A stretch of 64,000 nt of DNA. It comes from an uncultured Ignavibacteria bacterium (lineage in GTDB: Bacteria; Bacteroidota; Ignavibacteria; Kapaibacteriales; UBA2268). Positions 19,661 through 29,478 of this stretch are shown one piece after another. Numbering within the stretch: the first letter of the stretch is position 1; every line of letters starts with the position of its first letter. The notes beneath the pieces are model-generated. The model had not been told where the DNA came from, searched no databases, and saw only the letters and a program-made list of their open reading frames with translations. The stretch covers positions 74,023 to 138,022 of the forward strand of contig CAKZLY010000030.1 in assembly GCA_937127445.1 (NCBI GenBank). The letters are read 5' to 3'. The translations under genes were made by a program, and so were the position numbers.

Positions 19661-20389
19661 ATGAAAATTATCATTAAAATAATACTATGCTTATTAATTC
19701 CGTTTTCAGCCTATTCAAAAAGCGATACCGAATTTCCAACTTTAAAAGAACAAATTCAATATTATCAAAATCGTTATAAAGTTGAATGTGTAGAAGATAA
19801 AATTACAGACAACTACGGGAACGGCTTTGATAGTCTCTATGGGACAAGAAATATGAGGACAATCTTATATGGAATAGCCTACCGTGGAGGAGCAAATAAT
19901 TTCTATCATAAATTAAACAAAAGAGAAAATCAAAATCCATTGCTAAGCGATGGATTGGAAAATCTATGCAAGGAAGGATTTACTGATGTTGTATATCTTT
20001 ATTCAAAGAATTATTTATCAGCCCCCAGAGAAATGATTGTTGGAAATAATAAATTAGAATATTTACAGATTAGCGGGAATAATGCACAAGAAATCAATCG
20101 AATTATTGAAATGGTATATGAAGTAATTATTCGAAAGCGCAAGGGACCTATATATTTTCACTGCTGGAATGGGTGGCATCAGTCGGGCTATGTTGCAGCA
20201 GTAATATTAAAGCAATTTTGCGGATATTCAGACGAGAAGGCATTAAATTATTGGGTACGCAATACCGATGGAGCTTCGAGAGGATATGAGCAAATCAAAA
20301 AGCGGATAATTGAGTTCAAGCCACTTGCTGAATTTGAAATTTCTAAAGAATTGCAACAGGATATTTGTCCTTGTTTAAGGGTGCAATAA
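19661..20389 (+). CDS. Secreted tyrosine/dual-specificity phosphatase-fold protein with atypical P-loop
   Basis: Signal peptide; YRGG motif; GPIYFHCWNGWHQSG (CX5Q instead of CX5R). Confidence 0.7.
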   Translation: MKIIIKIILCLLIPFSAYSKSDTEFPTLKEQIQYYQNRYKVECVEDKITDNYGNGFDSLYGTRNMRTILYGIAYRGGANNFYHKLNKRENQNPLLSDGLENLCKEGFTDVVYLYSKNYLSAPREMIVGNNKLEYLQISGNNAQEINRIIEMVYEVIIRKRKGPIYFHCWNGWHQSGYVAAVILKQFCGYSDEKALNYWVRNTDGASRGYEQIKKRIIEFKPLAEFEISKELQQDICPCLRVQ

Positions 20390-20458
20390 ATTAAATAAAG
20401 TTGTTTTTTTTAAAATTATTTGCTTAATTTAGTTAAAACAATTTTTTATGGAGTTTCT

Positions 20459-20971
20459 ATGAAAAAAGTTATCCTTTCTTTACTATTTGTTGTATTTTCG
20501 GTATCTTCGATTTTCGCACAGTACGAAAAAGCAATATCTGCTGATCCGATTGACTTGCTTGTAAGCAAGGTGTTCAATGTTACGTATGAACAAAAGCTAT
20601 CGTCAAACAATTCATTTACAGTATTTGGTTCATATTATAATTACAGCGATTATTGGAGCGCTTATGGTATTGGTGTTTCATACAGATGGTATTTAAGTGG
20701 CGTTATTCAAGACGATAGAACGCCTATTTCAGGTCTTTCAGTTGGACCAATGGCTCGAATTAGCTTCTGGGATTACACCGGTCCAAATCCATTGAACTTA
20801 GATTATGGGGGCTCTATGGTTGTAGTAGGTGGTGAAGTAGCATATAAATTTCCATTAGGCAACCAATTTTTCGTAGAGCCAATAGTTCGTCTTGGATTTA
20901 TTGTTAGCGATATTGATTATTTAGGATACGATCCTCTTGGATTAGGTGTAAATCTTGGGTATGCATGGTAG
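20459..20971 (+). CDS. Small outer-membrane beta-barrel protein (DUF3575-like)
   Basis: Signal peptide, alternating beta-strands, C-terminal GVNLGYAW barrel signal. Confidence 0.75.
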   Translation: MKKVILSLLFVVFSVSSIFAQYEKAISADPIDLLVSKVFNVTYEQKLSSNNSFTVFGSYYNYSDYWSAYGIGVSYRWYLSGVIQDDRTPISGLSVGPMARISFWDYTGPNPLNLDYGGSMVVVGGEVAYKFPLGNQFFVEPIVRLGFIVSDIDYLGYDPLGLGVNLGYAW

Positions 20972-21036
20972 TACTCAAGAAATTGCTATTTTTATTCGGA
21001 AAGCGAAAAGAAAAATAGGCGAACAAGTCTTTTAGT

Positions 21037-21074
21037 AAAAAAAGAGGTTATCATAGGTAACCTCTTTTTTTTTT
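21037..21074. terminator. Bidirectional intrinsic terminator
   Basis: AAAAAAAGAGGTTA-loop-TAACCTCTTTTTTT between convergent genes. Confidence 0.8.
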
Positions 21075-21129
21075 ATTTACTAATCAAGATGTTAACAACT
21101 ATTTTAGAAAAAATATTTTAATTAAGAGT

Positions 21130-22395
21130 TCACATATTTTCTATAATAGCCGAACCGAATTCTGAGCATTTAAGAAGAGTGGCGCCTTCCATTAACCTGT
21201 GGAAATCATAAGTAACGCGTTTTTGAGCAATAGTTCGCTCAATTCCTTTGACAATAAGTGTTGCAGCTTCGTCCCAACCAAGATGTTCGAACATCATAAC
21301 ACCTGATAGTATAACGGAACCGGGATTGACTTTGTCTTGGTCGGCGTATCGAGGAGCAGTACCGTGAGTAGCTTCAAATACAGCGTGACCAGTTTCATAA
21401 TTAATATTAGCACCAGGAGCAATGCCAATTCCCCCAACGATAGCAGCAAGAGCATCGGAAATATAATCGCCATTTAGATTCATAGTCGCTATCACAGAAT
21501 ATTCAGCGGGACGAGTTAGAATTTGCTGCAGAAAAGCATCGGCAATAAAATCTTTTACCAAAAGTTTGCCTTTGGATAGTTCTTCAGATTGAATTCTATC
21601 GGCTTCTTCAGCACCTTTTTCGGCTTTGATATTATCATATTGTCGCCAGGTGAATACTTTTGAGCCGAATTCTTGTTCGGCAACGTCGTAGCCCCATTCT
21701 TTAAACATACCTTCGGTGAATTTCATAATATTACCTTTATGAACAAGAGTAACCGATGGACGATTATTTTTCAGTGCGTATTCGATAGCCGCACGAACAA
21801 GCCTTTTAGTGCCTTCAATTGAGATTGGTTTAATGCCAATGGATGAAGTTTCAGGAAAGCGAATTTTACGGACTCCCATTTCTTCTTGAAGGAATTTTAT
21901 AGCCTTTTTAACTTCGTCTGTGCCGGCAAGCCATTCAATACCAGCATAAATGTCTTCGGAATTTTCACGGAATATAACCATATCACAAAGATGAGGATTT
22001 TTCACAGGCGAAGGAACACCTTCGAACCATCGAACAGGTCTCAGGCAGACGTATAAATCCAATAATTGACGCAAAGCAACATTCAGCGAACGAATACCAC
22101 CACCAACAGGAGTAGTAAGAGGACCTTTGATTGCAATAATATGTTCTTTAATCACATCAAGAGTTTCCTGCGGAAGCCATTCGCCAGTGATGTTGAAAGC
22201 TTTTTCACCAGCATAGACTTCACGCCAAACGATTTTTCGCTTGCCTGAATATGCTTTTTCTACTGCAGCATCGAACACTCTTTGAGAGGCACGCCAAATG
22301 TCTCTGCCCGTACCATCGCCTTCGATAAATGGAATGATAGGATAATCAGGAACGTTTAATTTCCCGTTTTCAACAGTAATTTTTTCACCATTCAT
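21130..22395 (-). CDS. icd: NADP-dependent isocitrate dehydrogenase
   Basis: [57 protein letters not shown]. Confidence 0.97.
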   Translation of the reverse strand: MNGEKITVENGKLNVPDYPIIPFIEGDGTGRDIWRASQRVFDAAVEKAYSGKRKIVWREVYAGEKAFNITGEWLPQETLDVIKEHIIAIKGPLTTPVGGGIRSLNVALRQLLDLYVCLRPVRWFEGVPSPVKNPHLCDMVIFRENSEDIYAGIEWLAGTDEVKKAIKFLQEEMGVRKIRFPETSSIGIKPISIEGTKRLVRAAIEYALKNNRPSVTLVHKGNIMKFTEGMFKEWGYDVAEQEFGSKVFTWRQYDNIKAEKGAEEADRIQSEELSKGKLLVKDFIADAFLQQILTRPAEYSVIATMNLNGDYISDALAAIVGGIGIAPGANINYETGHAVFEATHGTAPRYADQDKVNPGSVILSGVMMFEHLGWDEAATLIVKGIERTIAQKRVTYDFHRLMEGATLLKCSEFGSAIIENM

Positions 22396-22597
22396 AATGC
22401 ACCAAGAAAAAGTAAATAATAGTTAATAAGGGAAGTAAATTAAACTACGATTAAGAAATATTTATAGTGTGATTAATTTTAAATAAACAATTAAAAACAT
22501 TTCATCTATTATACAACACTAAACATATAATATTTTGAAAAATGGAAATAAAGTGATAATTTGAAGGACAGATACTTCAAAAGCTAAAAGGTTAACT

Positions 22598-24313
22598 ATG
22601 CAATCAGGTAATTTTGTACTTATACTACATACACATTTGCCGTGGGTGTTGCATCACGGGAACTGGCCTCACGGAGTGGATTGGCTTACCGAAGCAGTAG
22701 CAGAATGCTATATACCATTATTGAATGTATTTAATGATTTATTAAACGAAAATATTTATCCAAAAGTAACAATTGATATATCCCCTGTTTTGTGCGAGCA
22801 GTTAGAGCATCCCAATTTTGAGAAAATTTTTGAGGACTACTGTCTTGAAAAGATAAAAGCTGCTCACAAAGACGCCGAAGATTTTAAGAAGTGGGGTTGG
22901 GATGCTCACAGTATTTACCTTGCAAACTGGTGGGTTCAATGGTATGAAGCACGGCTTGATGATTATAAGAACAAATATAATGGGTCCGTAATTGGGGCAT
23001 TGAAAAAACTGCAAGACGAAGGTGCAATTGAGATAATGACTTGTGGTGCCACGCACGGATATTTGCCTTTGCTTGGATTCGACCGAAGTATAAATTTACA
23101 AATCGAGGCAGCAGTCAACAACTACAAAAAACATTTTGGGCGTGAACCAAGAGGAATATGGCTTCCTGAATGCGCCTATCGTCCATCTTATGAGTGGAAA
23201 TCATATGTGCCAGTAGCTCCATTTCATCATCCGCATCTACGCCCTGGTATAGAGCAATTTCTGAGCCGCCATAATATCAAATATTTTGTTGTGGATCAAA
23301 AATTGATCGAAAATTCATATCCAATTGGAAAATTCCAGGCAAATTCAGAACATTTTGTTCCTATACATTCACCTGCGTTTATCCCCGAACCGTGGAATTT
23401 TGATAAATCTCCGCTACGATTGTATGAAGTAAGCTCAAGCGAGAAAGTTGAGTATGGAACTGCTGTTTGCTTTTCTCGTCATCGCGATATAGCAATGCAG
23501 GTTTGGAGTGGTGAAGTTGGGTACCCAGGAGAGCCCGACTATCTTGATTTTCACAAACGCCATCTTGGTTCGATGCTTCGTTACTGGCGAGTTACTGATG
23601 TAAAAGCTGATATGCAATACAAAGCTCAGTATCATCCTGATTGGATTTGGAAAAAACTTGACTTGCAGGCAAATCATTTCATTCATAATATGGAAAATAC
23701 GACAAATTACTATTACAATAAAACAGGGAAATTTGGAACTTTATGCGTACCATTTGATACAGAACTTTTTGGGCATTGGTGGTTCGAGGGACCTGAATTT
23801 ATTCGCTATGTTTTACGTGGGCTAAATCATTCTCCCTGGCTGAAGCCTGCAACAGCCAGCGAACAGTTGTTCAAAATACAGCCCAAAGAAGTAATAGGTT
23901 TGCCCGAAGGCTCGTGGGGAGTAAATAATAATCATGATGTATGGAGCAATCCTGAAAATGTATGGACGTGGCAGAATATTTACGACGACGAACTTCGGCT
24001 AAAAAACATCTTTGATAAATACCCAATTGCGAACTATTCTCAGTTACAAAATCGAATTGCACTTCAAGCATTGAGGGAATTAATGTTGCTTCATTCGTCT
24101 GATTGGCAATTTTTAATTTACACAAAATCTGCAAAGGATTATGCTGAAAGCCGATTTTTCTTCCATAATTCTGATTTCAATAGATTATGTGATATTCTTG
24201 AACGTGCTTCGGAATATGGGGGAATATCGGCGGAAGAAACGAACTATCTTGAAGAAGTAGAAAAGCGTAACAGTATTTTTCCCGAGTTGAAACTTGAATG
24301 GTGGAATTGGTAA
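22598..24313 (+). CDS. GH57 1,4-alpha-glucan branching enzyme (DUF1957)
   Basis: LHTHLP, ECYIP, ATHGYLP, GIWLPECAY (nucleophile), FDTELFGHWWFEG, EGSWG, SSDWQF. Confidence 0.9.
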   Translation: MQSGNFVLILHTHLPWVLHHGNWPHGVDWLTEAVAECYIPLLNVFNDLLNENIYPKVTIDISPVLCEQLEHPNFEKIFEDYCLEKIKAAHKDAEDFKKWGWDAHSIYLANWWVQWYEARLDDYKNKYNGSVIGALKKLQDEGAIEIMTCGATHGYLPLLGFDRSINLQIEAAVNNYKKHFGREPRGIWLPECAYRPSYEWKSYVPVAPFHHPHLRPGIEQFLSRHNIKYFVVDQKLIENSYPIGKFQANSEHFVPIHSPAFIPEPWNFDKSPLRLYEVSSSEKVEYGTAVCFSRHRDIAMQVWSGEVGYPGEPDYLDFHKRHLGSMLRYWRVTDVKADMQYKAQYHPDWIWKKLDLQANHFIHNMENTTNYYYNKTGKFGTLCVPFDTELFGHWWFEGPEFIRYVLRGLNHSPWLKPATASEQLFKIQPKEVIGLPEGSWGVNNNHDVWSNPENVWTWQNIYDDELRLKNIFDKYPIANYSQLQNRIALQALRELMLLHSSDWQFLIYTKSAKDYAESRFFFHNSDFNRLCDILERASEYGGISAEETNYLEEVEKRNSIFPELKLEWWNW

Positions 24314-24343
24314 GATTAACCAAGGAATAGGATAAAGCATTAT

Positions 24344-24381
24344 AAAAAAGACCGAATATAAATTTGCTTCGGTCTTTTTTT
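24344..24381. terminator. Bidirectional terminator between the GH57 gene and the tRNA pair
   Basis: AAAAAAGACCGAA-loop-TTCGGTCTTTTTT. Confidence 0.8.
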
Positions 24382-24384
24382 CTG

Positions 24385-24458
24385 TCGGTGTGACTGGATT
24401 CGAACCAGCGACCCCTACGTCCCGAACGTAGTGCGCTACCGGACTGCGCTACACACCG
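24385..24458 (-). tRNA. tRNA-Pro (CGG)
   Basis: Cloverleaf CGGTGTG...CTACG-TTCGGGA-CGTAG...GCTGG-TTCGAAT-CCAGT-CACACCG-A; CCA not encoded. Confidence 0.95.
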
Positions 24459-24472
24459 GGGGAAAAAAAGAG

Positions 24473-24547
24473 TGGGCTCTACGGGATTCGAACCAGCGAC
24501 CTCTTCCGTGTCAAGGAAGCGCTCTAGACCAACTGAGCTAAGAGCCC
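24473..24547 (-). tRNA. tRNA-Val (GAC)
   Basis: GGGCTCT...CTTCC-TTGACAC-GGAAG...GCTGG-TTCGAAT-CCCGT-AGAGCCC-A; one T-stem mismatch. Confidence 0.93.
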
Positions 24548-24557
24548 AACTCATTTA

Positions 24558-24565
24558 CAAAATTA
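24558..24565 (-). promoter_or_regulatory. Bacteroidota-type -7 element of the tRNA-Val/Pro operon
   Basis: TAATTTTG 10 nt upstream of the tRNA-Val 5' end, with TTGC about 20 nt further upstream. Confidence 0.6.
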
Positions 24566-24602
24566 ATATTTTTTAAAAAAATCTGCAAGTTTTTTGTTAA
24601 TA

Positions 24603-27083
24603 TTAATGATAAACCTGCACACAGTTGGTTTTGCTTGCTGCAATATTAAGCACTCGATTACAATTGTCGAGCAAAGAATCTAAATCGTCCGCAGGTGAAA
24701 TTTGAGCAATACCAATGCTTAAAGTAACTGTGAAGCGACGACCATCAATTTCCAGCACTGAGATGGCAGCCTTATTTCTGATATTTTCGGCCCAGAATTT
24801 TGCTTTATCGACGCTTTGTCCTATTAATATAGCACCGATAATATTTGTATCGAGCCTGCCAATTACATCATATTCGTGTATTGATTTATTCAAGATTGAA
24901 ACAATATGATGAAAAATCTGCTCAAATTTACCGTTGTCATCTTCATTACTATAAGCAGCATATTTATCAATTGCTATCAAGCAAAAGCTAACAGTAGATT
25001 TGAAATCGCGAACGCGAGTAACTTCTTCCTGTAATCTACGGAAGAATGCGTAATTATTCATAAGCCCAGTGTGTGGGTCAATAATTGCACTTGTGTGGAA
25101 AAGCTGAGTTAGTTTAAATCTATCAATCGAGTGAGCGGCTTCGCGAGCGAGCAGTTCTAATAAATCAATATCGTAATTATCCATTTCGCTCAATGGACCA
25201 TCGAAAAAGATTGCTCCATATACTCCGGATTCGGACTTGATAGGAATAGAGACAAAAAATGAACTTTCAAAAGGATATTCTTTGACTGATACACGGGACA
25301 TTTTTGTTTGGACAGGTGTTTCGACAAAAGTCTGATATTTTAAGATAGATTGACCGAGTAAAGTTCTGTACAAGTCGACTGGTTCATTTCTGAAACTGAT
25401 AGGAAATTCATATTTAGTGAAATAATCATAAATATAATATCCTTCCCGTTTTTCGTCGTAGAGACAAATTCCAAAGGTATAATTCTCGTACAAACTTAAT
25501 ATTGCTTCGAAAAGGGCACGTGAAATTGTTTCTTCGGTTGCATCTGATTTTGAAGAAATTTCAGCAAATTTTTGAACAGCTCTTAATGTTTTATCTGAAC
25601 GAATTAGATCGTATTTTTCTGTGTAACTTTTGATTAACCCGCTAATTAACTTGGAGAACTGGCCTAAAAAGGTAATAGTTGCAGCATCGTAGGCATCATT
25701 TTCGTTAGTATCGCAAGTTAGAATTCCAATCACTTGATTTTCGTAAAAAACAGGAATACCTACAAATGAAGAAGTGCCCGAGGGTTCGCTGTAGTAAGGT
25801 ATCAGATCAAGTTCAGCAGATGGGTTGATTTCTGTTAGTATTTCGGGTTTTGCATTGAATGCAATTTGACTGATAATATCGTTGCCCATCGGGATTTTAG
25901 TTTCATCAATTATCTTTGAAGGAACATTTGTAACATAAGATTCGAGAATAAGGTGATTTTTTTCAAAATTAATAAAAGTAAAAGCAGTAGTTCGGGATTT
26001 AATAACAAGAGGAATTACATACAAAATCCGAGAAAGCAATGCATCAAACTCTTTTCTTGGTTCATCAATTTCAATGAGTTCATCGTCAAACAAGTTTTGA
26101 GGCAGTTCGATTTGTTTTTTCTTGAAGTCTGTTTTGGGTTGTTCTTCGGCGGTTTCGGCAATTGTTTTTTCGGTGGTGAGGTCAGGTTCATTTTCAACGG
26201 CTTTATTTTGTTGTGAAACAATTGGTTCCGAAATTTCCGAAGTAGTTGCAGATCGTTCTCTATGGGTTAAGGTTATTTCATCTAGTTGAACAAATTCTTG
26301 TGTTTCAATATTTTCAATTGTCTGAGATGCTTCCTGGTTACTAATTGATTTTTTACTTTCAGTATCATCTGAATGAAATTGCTCAACTTGCGGGACCTCT
26401 TCAACAACGATGTTTTCTTCTAATTGAAGATTGGCATCTTCTTCGACAAATTCAGATGATTTATCCTGAACAATAATTTCCGGTTCAGTAGTTTGAGGGG
26501 CAGCAGCAGAGGAAGTAATAGATATATCTTTGGTCTCTTTTACAGGTTCGTTTTGGGAGACATTATCATCAATTTTATCACTCAAACTTTCGGCTTTTGC
26601 TTCGAGTTGTTCGGGTTGCTCAATTTGGGAGACTTCAACATTTTCTTCATCTTTTGGACTAGGAATAAACTCATTTTTTGGTTGTTGTGGAATTTCAGAT
26701 TTTGAGGCGCTTCGAGTAGTTTTGCTGACAATACGGAAACCTTCATCGGCACCCATAGTATGTTCGGTAGAAATTTTATCAATATCAATGGAGGGGTTGA
26801 AGTTCTCAATTGTCTGGCGTTTAGCGGAAGCATCTTTTATTACGGTCATTTTAATATTCTGAGTTTCGGGAATATTGAATTTGTTTGATTCGACAATTTC
26901 GGAAAGTCTCTGGGAAATCATAATAATCAATGCTAAAGCACCGAGCACGGCAGAGCTAATGCCAATGAGCTTAATAGCAAGCCCTTCGAGAAATATAGCA
27001 ATGAGAATACCACAAATAATAATTAAAAGAGCTAATATATCACCTGGTTGTATAACATCTTGAATTCGTATTTTTTTAGCCAT
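24603..27083 (-). CDS. Membrane-anchored GAF-GAF protein with degenerate GGDEF domain
   Basis: Two N-terminal TMs; acidic linker; GAF motifs SFVGIPV..VIGIL..D and FVSIPI..VYGAI; DPHTGLMN...FTVTLSIGIA; active site reads GRLDTNI. Confidence 0.8.
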   Translation of the reverse strand: MAKKIRIQDVIQPGDILALLIIICGILIAIFLEGLAIKLIGISSAVLGALALIIMISQRLSEIVESNKFNIPETQNIKMTVIKDASAKRQTIENFNPSIDIDKISTEHTMGADEGFRIVSKTTRSASKSEIPQQPKNEFIPSPKDEENVEVSQIEQPEQLEAKAESLSDKIDDNVSQNEPVKETKDISITSSAAAPQTTEPEIIVQDKSSEFVEEDANLQLEENIVVEEVPQVEQFHSDDTESKKSISNQEASQTIENIETQEFVQLDEITLTHRERSATTSEISEPIVSQQNKAVENEPDLTTEKTIAETAEEQPKTDFKKKQIELPQNLFDDELIEIDEPRKEFDALLSRILYVIPLVIKSRTTAFTFINFEKNHLILESYVTNVPSKIIDETKIPMGNDIISQIAFNAKPEILTEINPSAELDLIPYYSEPSGTSSFVGIPVFYENQVIGILTCDTNENDAYDAATITFLGQFSKLISGLIKSYTEKYDLIRSDKTLRAVQKFAEISSKSDATEETISRALFEAILSLYENYTFGICLYDEKREGYYIYDYFTKYEFPISFRNEPVDLYRTLLGQSILKYQTFVETPVQTKMSRVSVKEYPFESSFFVSIPIKSESGVYGAIFFDGPLSEMDNYDIDLLELLAREAAHSIDRFKLTQLFHTSAIIDPHTGLMNNYAFFRRLQEEVTRVRDFKSTVSFCLIAIDKYAAYSNEDDNGKFEQIFHHIVSILNKSIHEYDVIGRLDTNIIGAILIGQSVDKAKFWAENIRNKAAISVLEIDGRRFTVTLSIGIAQISPADDLDSLLDNCNRVLNIAASKTNCVQVYH

Positions 27084-27163
27084 GAGTTTGAATGATTAAA
27101 TTAACAAAAAGTAATATTTAAAAATAAATAATTTCTATTTCTAATAAAAGCAAAATGTTATAT

Positions 27164-27976
27164 TTATTTTATTCCTTTTGATTTCGCTTCGTTCCAAAAA
27201 ACATCCATTTCTTCGAGAGTCATTTCATCAAGTTTTTTCCCATTCAATCGAGCTTGTTCTTCAACGTAACGAAAACGGTTAATAAATTTGGAATTAGTTT
27301 GCTGTAAAGCTGATTCGGGGACAATTTTTTCGAAGCGGGCTGCATTGACAAGAGCAAAAAGCAGGTCGCCGAATTCTTCTGTGGCTTTTTCTTGGTTGCC
27401 AGCAGAAAGTTCGTGTTTTAATTCAGCAAATTCTTCATCGACTTTTTTCCAGACGTCTTTTTTATTATCCCAATCGAACCCGACACGTGAAGCTTTTTGT
27501 TGAATGCGTTCAGCACGAAGCAGAGCAGGAAGCGAAAGCGGGACACCATCGAGCGTATTTTTTCTGCCTTCTGTTTTTTTTATTTTTTCCCAATTTTCAA
27601 GCACTTCCTCTTCCCCATTCACCTGAACATTTCCAAAAACGTGAGGATGGCGAAGTACCATTTTTTCAGAAATTCGATTAATCACATCGACAAGATTGAA
27701 TGCACCACGCTCTTCTGCCATAATTGCGTGCATAACAATATGAAGAAGCAGATCGCCGAGTTCCTTGGAAAATTCTTCATCGTTTTTCTTTTGGACAGCA
27801 TCGAGAGCCTCGTAGGCTTCTTCAATAATCAAATGAGAAATCGATTCATTGGTTTGCTCTCTGTCCCACGGACAATGTTTTCGCAAAAGATTAACAATTT
27901 CGACGAAAGCAACGAAGACGTCTGCTAAATTATTAGGATTTTTTGGTTTCGGTATTTCGATATTTGAATTATTCAT
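27164..27976 (-). CDS. mazG: Nucleoside triphosphate pyrophosphohydrolase
   Basis: CPWDREQT, EEAYE, ELGDLL, RHPHVFG, GFDW, EEFGDLLF. Confidence 0.95.
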   Translation of the reverse strand: MNNSNIEIPKPKNPNNLADVFVAFVEIVNLLRKHCPWDREQTNESISHLIIEEAYEALDAVQKKNDEEFSKELGDLLLHIVMHAIMAEERGAFNLVDVINRISEKMVLRHPHVFGNVQVNGEEEVLENWEKIKKTEGRKNTLDGVPLSLPALLRAERIQQKASRVGFDWDNKKDVWKKVDEEFAELKHELSAGNQEKATEEFGDLLFALVNAARFEKIVPESALQQTNSKFINRFRYVEEQARLNGKKLDEMTLEEMDVFWNEAKSKGIK

Positions 27977-28005
27977 AGCATAATATTTTTGTGAGAAAAA
28001 CAAAT

Positions 28006-29283
28006 TCAATTATTATTTTTTAATCCTTTTGCGGCAATATCACGTCTATAATAGATATTTTGGAAATGAATATTATTGACAGCATTATAAGCATTTTTTT
28101 GTGATTCTTTTAATGTTGCACCAAAAGCAGTAACACCAAGGACACGCCCACCGTTGGTGTAAATTTTGCCGTTGATTTCCTTGGTCCCGGCGTGATAAAC
28201 AATAACATTATCAGAGATTTCGTCCAATCCTGTTATTTCGAAGCCAGTTTCATACTTATCTGGGTAACCTTCCGAAGCAAGCACGACACAAGTTGCATAA
28301 CCGCGGCTAATTTCTCTGATGGCAGAAATGTTCAATTCACCTTTGGCTGCCGAAAATAAAAGTTCAGCAAAATCGCCATCGAAAACACTTAATACGGCTT
28401 GGGTTTCGGGGTCACCGAAACGGCAGTTAAATTCAACGACTTTTGGGTTGCCTTCATCTATCATTAATCCGACGTATAGACATCCGATGTATGGATGACC
28501 TTCTGCGATCATTCCTTTTAATGTTGGTTCAATTATCAAGGACTTCACTTTCTCGAGAACTTCGAATGTAACGATTGGAGCAGGGCAGTAAGCTCCCATA
28601 CCGCCTGTATTTTTTCCTTTGTCGCCATCAAGTATGCGTTTGTGGTCCTGAGCAGGCGCAAGAGTTACAAAATTATTCCCATCGGTTATCGCAAAAATAG
28701 ATGCTTCCTCGCCTTGCATAAATTCTTCTACTACAATTTTCTCACCTGCCGAGCCGAAACTACCGCTGAACATTTCTTCGAGTGCCTTAAGAGCTTCTTC
28801 GAAAGAATTAGCTACAATCACACCTTTGCCGGCAGCAAGACCATCGGCTTTTATAACAATGGGAAGGTTACTTTCTCGAATATAGTCTAATGCTGCTTGT
28901 TTTTGTGATTTATCGAAAGCACGGAAACGAGCAGTTGGTATGGCGTATTTCTCCATAAATTGTTTGGCGAAAAGCTTGGAAGTTTCGAGCTGAGCTGCCG
29001 AACGGGAAGGAGCAAAAACGTTAATTCCATTTGAACGAAGAGCATCTGAAAGCCCATCGGCAATAGGTTGCTCGGGACCAATAACAACTAAATCTATTGA
29101 ATTTTCGAGACAGAAATTTGAAATTTCTTGATATTTTTTTGTATCTAATGCAACTATTTGAGCAGTTCTGGATATGCCGGGATTGCCAGGCAAAGCAAAA
29201 AGTTGAACATTTTTGGATCTTACAAGCGTAGATGCTATTGCGTGTTCACGCCCGCCACTACCAATTAATAATATTTTCATCAT
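28006..29283 (-). CDS. purD: Phosphoribosylamine--glycine ligase
   Basis: GSGGREHA, PGNPG, GPEQP, KADGLAAGKGV, QDHKR, NTGGMGAY, EFNCRFGDPE, GGRVL. Confidence 0.97.
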   Translation of the reverse strand: MMKILLIGSGGREHAIASTLVRSKNVQLFALPGNPGISRTAQIVALDTKKYQEISNFCLENSIDLVVIGPEQPIADGLSDALRSNGINVFAPSRSAAQLETSKLFAKQFMEKYAIPTARFRAFDKSQKQAALDYIRESNLPIVIKADGLAAGKGVIVANSFEEALKALEEMFSGSFGSAGEKIVVEEFMQGEEASIFAITDGNNFVTLAPAQDHKRILDGDKGKNTGGMGAYCPAPIVTFEVLEKVKSLIIEPTLKGMIAEGHPYIGCLYVGLMIDEGNPKVVEFNCRFGDPETQAVLSVFDGDFAELLFSAAKGELNISAIREISRGYATCVVLASEGYPDKYETGFEITGLDEISDNVIVYHAGTKEINGKIYTNGGRVLGVTAFGATLKESQKNAYNAVNNIHFQNIYYRRDIAAKGLKNNN

Positions 29284-29427
29284 AAAAATTAAAAAATACA
29301 CAAAATAAAAAAGTAAATTACTCAAAAATAGATAAAGGAACAAATTCAACTAAAAACCCTTTCCTTCAAAGATTAAGATTTGTATAAATGTCTTGTGAAT
29401 TTAAATTCGAATATTGTCTATTAAAAT

Positions 29428-29455
29428 AAAAAAGGAGCTTTTTAATACTCCTTTT
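29428..29455 (-). terminator. Intrinsic terminator downstream of the FadL-like gene
   Basis: AAAAAAGGAG-loop-CTCCTTTT. Confidence 0.6.
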
Positions 29456-29478
29456 GAAATCAGAAATAAAAAAACTAA

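Noticed and set aside
22598..24313. GH57 rather than GH13 branching enzyme, unlinked to glgA
   Set aside because: GH57 branching enzymes are an established family; not novel by itself.
24177..24554. 125-aa minus-strand ORF
   Set aside because: It is a translation through the two tRNA genes and a terminator.
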